Source: Octopus sinensis
Lineage: Eukaryota
Direction: 5' to 3'
Assembly (NCBI RefSeq): GCF_006345805.1
Contig: NW_021829141.1
Span: 1 to 6,966, forward strand
Length of the DNA stretch: 6,966 nt
How positions within the stretch are numbered: position 1 is the first letter of the stretch; every line of letters begins with the position of its first letter. Under the pieces are notes generated by a model, which did no database searches, had not been told where the DNA came from, and saw only the letters and a program-made list of their open reading frames with translations. This document shows positions 1 to 6,802 of this stretch, in pieces. The translations under genes were made by a program, and so were the position numbers.

Positions 1-104
1 CCCTTATATAATGTAATAATTTGAATTCGCCTTGAATGGTCCCTTTGCATACTGAACACTTGGTGAAATTGATTAATAATAATTAATTTTGCCCTCAATT
101 GTTG

Positions 105-108
<4 letters not shown>

Positions 109-168
<60 letters not shown>
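109..168. repeat. Compound microsatellite (TA)15(GA)15
   Basis: Direct reading: TA run 109-138 abutting GA run 139-168. Confidence 0.97.
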
Positions 169-170
<2 letters not shown>

Positions 171-217
171 TATCTCGCTACACACATTAATAACTTACAT
201 ACATGAGTGTACAATGC

Positions 218-275
218 TCACACACACTCACACACACGTACACACGCACGCACGCACACACACACATTTACACAC
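218..275. repeat. Degenerate (CA)n/(CACG)n microsatellite
   Basis: CA-rich run with CG interruptions; explains the His/Thr-rich ORFs 203-406 and 207-395. Confidence 0.85.
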
Positions 276-348
276 AACGAGGTACATACGTATATGTGTA
301 TTATTTTATTCAGTTATTCTATTATTCTCTTGTTTCATTCACCGCACC

Positions 349-371
349 CAGCAGCAGTAGCAGCAGCAGCA
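349..371. repeat. Short (CAG)n microsatellite
   Basis: CAGCAGCAGTAGCAGCAGCAGCA. Confidence 0.85.
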
Positions 372-743
372 TCCAAAGTGTTCCCCTATTTTTAAAGAAA
401 ATATAGTTGGCGAATCAAGGGAGATTTGACTGCTATTTCTCGCAGTCCCAGTGCTCCAACTAAACTTGAATACTCGGATTCACGCTTTTATGAACCTTAT
501 TTAAACCCGAGATCAATTCTGATAAAAATAACTCACGGTCAAATACACTCCAACCGTGACTATCCTCCCTTATATTCCGACAAAGTTTATCTAGGACTAC
601 ATCATTGAATATGTTGTTCATCTTTAAAACGAATATAGGATATGTTTTGAGGAAGATTTGACTATTATTAATACTACGTCAAGTAACAAAGCATATGGGC
701 TCTTGTAAATGTGGTTGTTGTTATTGCGTTTCTCCAAGTTCTT

Positions 744-809
744 GCTGGCCTTATTGTTGTTATTCTTGTTGCTGTCAGGGTACCAAAATTTGAAACTATT
801 ATTATTATA
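744..809 (+). mobile_element. Possible 3' tail remnant of a SINE, interrupted by a short TTG-rich stretch
   Basis: GCTGGCCTT...TACCAAAATTTGAAAC followed by (TAT)n resembles the recalled 3' end of octopus tRNA-SINEs and weakly resembles the tail at 1396-1425 (-). Weak support. Confidence 0.35.
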
Positions 810-816
810 GTCTTTG

Positions 817-930
817 TGAAAGAAAGTCAAAGTCGACCTCAGCGAAATTCGAACTCAGAATATAAACACGGACTATATGTTGTTAAGCATTTTTCCCAGC
901 GTGCTAACGACTCAGCCAGTTCGCCACATT
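817..930 (-). mobile_element. tRNA-derived SINE (family 1), diverged 5' head fragment
   Basis: Homologous to 1480-1540 and 1665-1773 (shared AAAGTCGACCTC.GCG.AATT.GAACTCAGAA). Minus strand has B-box-like GAGTTCGAATTTC (844-856) and A-box-like TGGCTGAGTCG near 909-919. Confidence 0.85.
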
Positions 931-935
931 AGCAG

Positions 936-1298
936 TGTGGTACTCCGTCGGTTACGACGACGAGTGTTCCAACTGATCCGATCAACAGAACAGCTTTGCT
1001 CGTGAAATTAACATGCAAGTGGCTGAGCACTCCACAGACGCGTGTACCCTTAACGTAGTTCTCGGGTAGATTCAGCGTAACACAGTGTGCGACAAGGCTG
1101 GCCCCTTTGAAATACAGGTACTACAGAAACAGGAAGAAAGAGTGAAAGAATACAGCAGGGTTCGCCACCATTTCTTACCGGTGTCTCGTGGAGCTTTTGA
1201 TATTTTCGGTCAATAAACACTCACAACCCCCGGTTTGGGAGTCGAAACCGCGATCCTACGACCGCGAGTTTGCTGCGCTAATCACTGGGTCATGCATT
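936..1298 (-). mobile_element. tRNA-derived SINE (family 2), near full length, about 360 bp
   Basis: Minus-strand head has A-box-like TGACCCAGTGATTAG (1278-1292) and B-box-like GGTTTCGACTCCC (1237-1249) at tRNA spacing, then a non-tRNA body and a 3' stem-loop (946-962). No CCA end or acceptor stem. Body resembles recalled octopus SINE sequence. Confidence 0.8.
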
Positions 1299-1315
1299 AG
1301 CAATAATAACTACAA

Positions 1316-1317
<2 letters not shown>

Positions 1318-1370
<53 letters not shown>

Positions 1371-1395
1371 TAATAATAATAATGATAATAATAAT
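1318..1395. repeat. (AAT)n microsatellite, equal to the (ATT)n 3' tail of the SINE at 1396-1540 (-)
   Basis: About 26 AAT units with GAT variants, directly abutting the SINE 3' end. Confidence 0.95.
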
Positions 1396-1540
1396 CCTTC
1401 CTACTAAAGGCACAAGGGTCCAGTCGGTTAGATCGACCCCAGTACGCTACTGGTACTTAATTTATTGACCCTGAAAGGATGACAGACAAAGTCGACCTCG
1501 GCGGAATTTGAACTCAGAACATAAAGGCAGACGAAATACC
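1396..1540 (-). mobile_element. Family-1 SINE host copy, 3' part (B-box, core, tail)
   Basis: B-box GAGTTCAAATTCC (1503-1515). Core GTCGACTTTG..TCATCCTTTC.GGGTC.AT.AA.TAAGTACCAG is shared with 1541-1773. Its tail differs from that copy and ends in (ATT)n. Confidence 0.88.
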
Positions 1541-1773
1541 TATTTCTTTACTACCCACAAGGGGCTAAACACAGAGGGGACAAACAAGGACAGATAGATG
1601 GATTAAGTCGAATATATCGTCCCCAGTGTGTAACTGGTACTTATTTAATCGACCCCGAAAGAATGAAAGGCAAAGTCGACCTCAGCGGAATTTGAACTCA
1701 GAAGGCAGCGGCGGACGAAATACCACAAAGCATTTCATCCGGCGTGGTAACGTTTCTGCCAGCTCGCCGCCTT
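1541..1773 (-). mobile_element. Full-length family-1 SINE (233 bp) with a Tx1-LINE-like 3' tail, nested in the host SINE
   Basis: A-box-like TGGCAGAAACG (1751-1761), B-box GAGTTCAAATTCC (1687-1699), shared core, and a 3' end ...AGCCCCTTGTGGGTAGTAAAGAAATA matching the LINE end at 4625-4666. Confidence 0.9.
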
Positions 1774-1805
1774 GGCGTTCCAACGATTCTGTCAGCTACG
1801 ACATT
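1774..1805 (-). mobile_element. Family-1 SINE host copy, 5' 32 nt (A-box part)
   Basis: Minus strand AATGTCGTAGCTGACAGAATCGTTGGAACGCC aligns with the first 33 nt of the copies ending at 1773 (AAGGCGGCGAGCTGGCAGAAACGTTACCACGCC) and 930. Confidence 0.75.
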
Positions 1806-1916
1806 GATGTTAATGGTGATGGTCATGATGGTAATCTGTAATCGAACCTAACTTAATCACCAATTAATTAATAATCTTTCTGCCGTATCTTCGATAAATG
1901 ATTCATTCACAAACAC

Positions 1917-1968
1917 TATTTATTTAATTATTTATTTATTTATCTATTTATTTATTTATTTATTTATT
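1917..1968. repeat. (TATT)n microsatellite
   Basis: Direct reading, with a few interruptions. Confidence 0.92.
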
Positions 1969-2139
1969 CTTTTAATGGCTTTAGCCAGAGACGGGCCATG
2001 CTGGGGCACCGCCGTTATGCCGGAGCATATAGTTATGAATTTTATTTCATTTTTGTTTATTTATTTATGTATTTATTTTGAAGTCTTTGTTTTTTTTTTA
2101 TTTATGAATGTATTTATTGCTTGTTCGATGATTTATGTG

Positions 2140-2448
2140 GGGAGAAAGAGGCTGTGTTTGGGGGTGGGCGAGTCGGGTAGGAAGAGGAAGTAATTTGGGT
2201 GTGTGAGGGTCGGGAGAGAGAGAAAGAGAGGGGGAGAGAGGGAGTGCAGAATGATGGATATTTGAGGGTGGGAGAGAATCGGGTATTTTGGGTGTGTGAC
2301 TGGGGCAGGGAGAGGTGGTGTTTTGTTGGAATGAGGATGGAGGGAGGGAAAGAGTAAGAATATATTGAGTTTATCAGGGTGGAGAAGAAGAGGGTATTTG
2401 GTGGTGTGAGCGGAGCAGGGAGACGAGTTGTTTTGCGCGAGCGAGGAT

Positions 2449-2510
<62 letters not shown>

Positions 2511-2830
2511 ACACACACACTCAGAGAAAGAGAACTTATATTTAATATCTAAGGGTATGGAAAGGTATGAGAGCGAGGCACTATTTGGGGTGTGTAGGTG
2601 TGAGGGAAACCGGGTATTTTTGGGTGTGTGTGGTATTTTGTATGTGCTTGAAGATACGGGTGTATTTTCAATATTTGTAAGTGGAAGAGAAGGAATATTA
2701 GAAACTTGCGAAAGTGAGGAAGAGGTTAATTTGGGTATATAAGGGTGGGAGAGAAAGGGGGGAATGTACGGGGCGGAGGGTGGTGTGAATTTGGAGAAGA
2801 GAGTGTAAGCGTGGGTACGTGTGATACGGG
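2140..2830. repeat. G/A-rich, C-poor degenerate tandem/low-complexity region
   Basis: Recurrent (T/A)ATTT(T)GGGTGTGTG-like motif, plus about 60-nt imperfect direct repeats at 2281-2340 and 2392-2450 (period about 111). Confidence 0.6.
2451..2520. repeat. (AC)n microsatellite
   Basis: (AC)29 at 2451-2508, then TT, then (AC)5. Confidence 0.97.
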
Positions 2831-3080
2831 TATATTAGATGGCTTAGTTATTCACTTAATTATAGAGATCTGTGTAGATTACATCAACAGATCCACCGAC
2901 CATTCCTACAAATGGCAGCATGGCGGCCGATATTCGTACATAAAGACATACCGACACATTTAAATACACATAGATATGCACAAACTAGACATTGTAAATG
3001 CCAGAAGGCAAATTTCAGAAACCTATTTTTGACCCTGTAAGTGTGTCTCTCTCTCCTCCTCTTTCTCTCTGTATATATCA

Positions 3081-3106
3081 ATATCTATCTATCTATCTAT
3101 CTATCT
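3081..3106 (+). repeat. (TATC)n tract, left target-site duplication of the LINE
   Basis: ATATCTATCTATCTATCTATCTATCT ends exactly where ORF2 homology (GGT CCG GAC CTC; GPDL) begins. Confidence 0.8.
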
Positions 3107-4272
3107 GGTCCGGACCTCCAAGTGGAGAAGAACTGGAACGAGATAACGAGTAGGGTGGTCACTCTCTCGCCCGGCCAATGGGCCGAGAGGAAACTGTCCC
3201 TAAAAGGTCGAGCGGAGGTGGCGAACACGTACATCGCGTCCGTCATCTACTACCGCCTGACCGTCGTACCTTGTCCCGACCCTACCATCACCAAACTACA
3301 CTACAATCCCTCTTTCGCTTCTTGTGGAAAGGATGCGTCCCGATGGTCAGGCGATCCATTTGCTGTCAACACCCGTTAAAAGGAGGGCTGGGCATGCCGT
3401 GGTTGATGATGCGCAGACACGCGCTGAGACTGCGACATCTCTGGCTCTATGTAGACGACGGTGGACAGGTGTGGTCGCCGTTTGTGAGGCACGCTTTCCC
3501 GCAGCTCGTCTCCATGACCGAACTGCAGTCGTGGATCAAAAAGAGGCCGAGGAAGGCGAATGGCACCGCGAGTGTCGCGTTGCTCTCAAGCAACTCTGCC
3601 GTCCTGGGTCGACCTTAAGTGACTTCAACACAACCAAAGCATTCTATAGGGGTTTAGTGGAGGGGAGGTACGACGACGAGCTCGGGGCGAACCTGGACGT
3701 CGACGAGGAGTACCTGACCCGCCTGTTCGGGACGACTTTCGGGCCAGGGCCCATGGACAACTTCCAGAGATCCCTGGCCTGGCAGTGCTACCGAGAAGCG
3801 CTACCCGTTCGGGATAAGCTCTACAGACACGGCTCGAGAAACACGGGGCGACCTGCCCGAGATGCGGTCAGAGCGACGAAACCGTTCTGCACGCACTCGT
3901 TCAGTGTCCAACAATTTCCGACCTGTGGGCTTATGTCGACAACTGCTGTCACGTTTGGGACGAGTCGGTTTATCAGCCGAGTCTATTGTCAATATTGTCA
4001 CGCCTCCTTCCTTCAAACGAGAAGGAACAGCTATTTTCATCATCCTTGTGGCTATGGCGAAAGAATGTATCTGGTGGACGCGTCTGAAAGGATTGGAGAC
4101 AAACACTTTCCTCTCTGGTCAATCTCTCATCAACTTCTTCAAGTACCACTTGAAAAGGAAAGTGAGAGTAGAGAGGCAAGTTTTGTCTAGCGAATGTTTT
4201 AAAAAAAGATGGGTGAATGTAGCAAGAATGGCACGTATGAATGACGAAGCCACCTTGAGCATAGTCCTATGA
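3107..4272 (+). pseudogene. ORF2 C-terminal part (RT thumb, zf-RVT-like region, CCHC knuckle), four frameshifts, about 385 aa reconstructed
   Basis: Joined frames read NW..I...W..RKLSLKGRAEVAN.YIASVIYYRL, then LFRFLWKG..PMVRRSICCQHPLKGGLGMP, then FQRSLAWQCYREALPVRDKLYRHG, then TCPRCGQSDETVLHALVQC (C-x2-C-x8-H-x4-C at 3854-3907, in a frame absent from the ORF track), then QLLSRL...RWVNVARM..SIVL-stop at 4270-4272. These motifs are characteristic of L1/Tx1 ORF2. Confidence 0.9.
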
Positions 4273-4656
4273 ACCCAGAAATCGAAAACAGAGAGTTGCT
4301 TATTTGCAAAAAAAAAAAAAAAAAAAAAATAATATAAAATGTGACTTCATTGACCGAGGTTACCGTGGTCTTTTCCGCAGGCTTTTCTTTCCACGGGTAA
4401 ACCTCACCTGTCCTCCCCTTTACACTTCATATTGACATTTCTGTGATAACGATCCCTATTGATCATTTTTTTTTTCTCTCCCCCCCCCCTTTTTTTTTTT
4501 TTTTAACCCCCCTTATTTTTGTCTCTTTCTCTCCTTTTACGATCCCTTTTGATCGAACCTCCCCCTTCCTTTTTTTTTTTTTTTTTTTTTTTTAATACCT
4601 TCAAAGAAAAGCTCTACCTGGTAATTTGTTCTATCTGTGTGCAGCCCTGTGTGGCT

Positions 4657-4662
4657 AATAAA
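4657..4662 (+). promoter_or_regulatory. Putative polyadenylation signal AATAAA at the LINE 3' terminus
   Basis: AATAAA 5 nt before the element end; no poly(A) follows, the target repeat does. Confidence 0.5.
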
Positions 4663-4667
4663 GAAAC

Positions 4668-4689
4668 ATATCTATCTATCTATCTATCT
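4668..4689 (+). repeat. (TATC)n tract, right target-site duplication of the LINE
   Basis: ATATCTATCTATCTATCTATCT (22 nt), identical to the start of the left tract, which has one more unit. Confidence 0.8.
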
Positions 4690-4797
4690 AACTACATATA
4701 AATATATATATACAGTGAGAATTAAAAAAAAAAAACCAAGACGGGTGTGTAAACAACAAACAGATGTATTACTTCAGCGCTCGGGAAGTGAGAAAGT

Positions 4798-4833
4798 CTT
4801 TTACGTTTCGAGCCTACGCTCTTCGACAGAGAG
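4798..4833 (-). ncRNA. Minimal type-I hammerhead ribozyme-like motif (variant core)
   Basis: Minus strand CUCU-CUGUCGA-A-GAGC(GUAG)GCUC-GAAA-C-GUA-AAAG: perfect 4-bp stem II, GAAA, loop-less palindromic stem III (ACGU), NUH = GUA, stem I 3/4 paired. Core deviates from CUGANGA at A6. Confidence 0.55.
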
Positions 4834-5105
4834 GAACACAGAAATAAACAGGGAAAGAAAATAGAAAAAGGTTTAATGGCTAGTGATCTATCATGGCAAA
4901 TGCTGGACAGATGGGTGACACAGGAGAGCTAGGAAGAAGGGGAGATAATAAAGTAGTGGTGATCCCAAAACTAAGGTGCGTGAGCGTTTGTATGAGAGGG
5001 TGGAAGGGAGAAGGTGGGTAGGAGTGAAGAGACGAAGTAGGTGCCAGAACAAGATAGGAGTGGTGGGTGGGAGGAAGTAGGTGTGTGAGGGAGAGAGGAA
5101 GAGGG

Positions 5106-5301
5106 TTAGATGAATAGGGGAGGAGAGTTGAGCCCATATGGCGCAAAAGAGTGAAAAGATTAATCCCTGTTCGCGGCGAAGACGGGAGTCCGGATGGCCC
5201 CCGTGCAAGGACAGTCCGAACACAGACAGGTGTTGTAAAGAGTGACCGGTAGAGCAGAAATGGAGCGAGACTGGAGTGTCATTGCCAAGTCGGATTAATC
5301 T
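5106..5301 (-). pseudogene. C-terminal fragment of a Penelope-type GIY-YIG endonuclease
   Basis: Manual translation RLIRLGNDTPVSLHFCSTGHSLQHLSVFGLSLHGGHPDSRLRREQGLIFSL, frameshift near 5148, then FAPYGLNSPPLFI-stop. Fits the PLE pattern IR..D.PV..HF...GHS...L.V.GL....R...EQ.LIF.L....P.GLN. Confidence 0.78.
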
Positions 5302-5937
5302 AGGTTGTGTTGTGCATGTAATAGATATTGTTTCATTGTATGATCAATTGGCCCATTGTATGTGAATGGTTCTAGAAGATGTCATTAATGTCTGTCGGAG
5401 AAATTATGGCTTTTTATTTAAGCTGTTATACTTTGGAATCTCGATAAAAAAAAAACGGAATCAATCAATTTTTACAGACACCTCCATCGACCTCGTTATT
5501 CATTGTAGACTTTACCTCTACCAATCAGTTACCGGTTCTTAGCGGAATGTTTTTCATATGCAGAGATGTGGTACCATTAATTTATTCATCACCAAATTAC
5601 ACTTCCACTGCTCACTTCTGTTTTTAAGCATTGCACTGAAGAGATAAAACCATCATTTATTTTTTGCACGTGATAAGATGGCAATATCACGTGTTTTCAC
5701 GTACAGTAAAGATTGGATAGATTTGACGTTCATTTTCTAATGGTTCGTATGAAGATTTTTCAATGCATTTTTGACTGAACTCATTTCGATATATTTGATA
5801 ATATTTTTGTCTCTCTATATATTGTCAAGTTGCTCTTTTACTCCAGTCGTTTGAACAATCGAAAACGTTAAACTTGGAATTTCAGTTTAAAAACCTACAG
5901 CTTATAAAATATATGTTCTCTTCTTTATGGATTGAGT

Positions 5938-6017
5938 ATTCTATTGACTGCAAACAAAAGCGTATTCTATCGTCTGTAAACACAAATGGATTCTATCGTC
6001 TGCAAAATTACAAGCGT
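5938..6017. repeat. Three imperfect 26-bp tandem units (ATTCTATCGTCTG core)
   Basis: Units start at 5938, 5964 and 5990. Confidence 0.8.
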
Positions 6018-6029
6018 CCACCAGTGTCT

Positions 6030-6519
6030 ACACATACGTATATATACATGCACGTGCCATCTTACATACATTACTTAAGCACATACACACCTATATCTAG
6101 ACCTACAAATATACGCATGCAAACTAATTCACATAAATAAGGACACTGAGGCGCTCACATGCACACACTCGCATACACACACACACACACACATACACAC
6201 ACACGCACATGCACGCATTTACACACACACACACATTCTCTCTCTTTTACTCTCTCTCATACACACATATACGTCCATATAAACTGAAAGAGTGATACGC
6301 TCAAACATATCTACAAACATACATACACACATACACACGCACACATACGTATACACAGACACACACATACCGACATATGCACACACCTACACATGTACAC
6401 ACTCACACACCGACCTATATGCATAACCCTATGAACATACATAAACACATACATACGCACACACACACACACAGACACACACACATATATATATAACCAC
6501 ACACACGCATGAATATATT

Positions 6520-6551
<32 letters not shown>

Positions 6552-6637
6552 AACATGCATTTAGGAATACAAGAGATACATGCACTGACATACTCGCCAC
6601 ATACACATGCTTTCATAGACACACACACACACACACA
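6030..6637. repeat. Long degenerate (CA)n/(CATA)n field
   Basis: Interrupted CA/CATA/CACG runs; explains the Cys/Val-rich minus-strand ORFs. Confidence 0.9.
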
Positions 6638-6642
6638 TGAAG

Positions 6643-6721
<79 letters not shown>

Positions 6722-6752
6722 GTCATCGTCGTCGTCGTCGTCGTCATTATTA

Positions 6753-6800
<48 letters not shown>
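6643..6800. repeat. Compound trinucleotide microsatellite (CAT)26-CGT-CAT-(CGT)6-(ATT)n
   Basis: Direct reading; gives the poly-Ser/poly-Tyr ORF 6555-6851. Confidence 0.97.

Positions 6801-6802
<2 letters not shown>

Larger units (their letters stand above)
3107..4667 (+). mobile_element. 5'-truncated non-LTR retrotransposon, L1 clade / Tx1-like
   Basis: ORF2 C-terminal motifs (see pseudogene entry), about 395-nt 3' UTR with pyrimidine tracts, terminal AATAAAGAAAC, and flanking duplicated ATATCTATCTATCTATCTATCT. Confidence 0.88.
4713..5303 (-). mobile_element. Penelope-like element (PLE), 3' fragment: GIY-YIG C-terminus, pyrimidine-rich UTR and pseudo-LTR with hammerhead motif
   Basis: Endonuclease-like peptide (5301-5106) and hammerhead-like core (4798-4833) lie on the same strand in the expected order; the element ends against a (TA)n run. 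Boundaries are approximate. Confidence 0.75.

Noticed and set aside
1225-1298. tRNA gene
   Set aside because: A/B boxes are present but acceptor and anticodon stems are degenerate and the sequence continues into a SINE body; same for the heads at 817-930 and 1685-1773.
1993-2012. GGCCATGCTGGGGCACCGCC, resembling a recalled octopus SINE segment
   Set aside because: Only about 20 nt with no supporting flanks or second copy in the window; cannot be supported without a search.
3801-4179. Minus-strand ORFs 3801-4106 and 3973-4179
   Set aside because: Antisense shadows of the GC-richer LINE ORF2 with no independent motifs.
4308-4329. Poly(A) as the true 3' end of the LINE
   Set aside because: No copy of the left flank follows it, whereas the duplicated TATC tract, AATAAA and the SINE-shared terminus all lie at 4625-4689.
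5478-5627. Possible host exon after TTTTTACAG (49 open codons)
   Set aside because: No recognisable protein motif and no convincing donor site; such an open stretch is expected by chance.
5938-6017. CRISPR-like mini array
   Set aside because: Eukaryotic context, 13-nt repeats with mutually similar 'spacers', and no cas genes.
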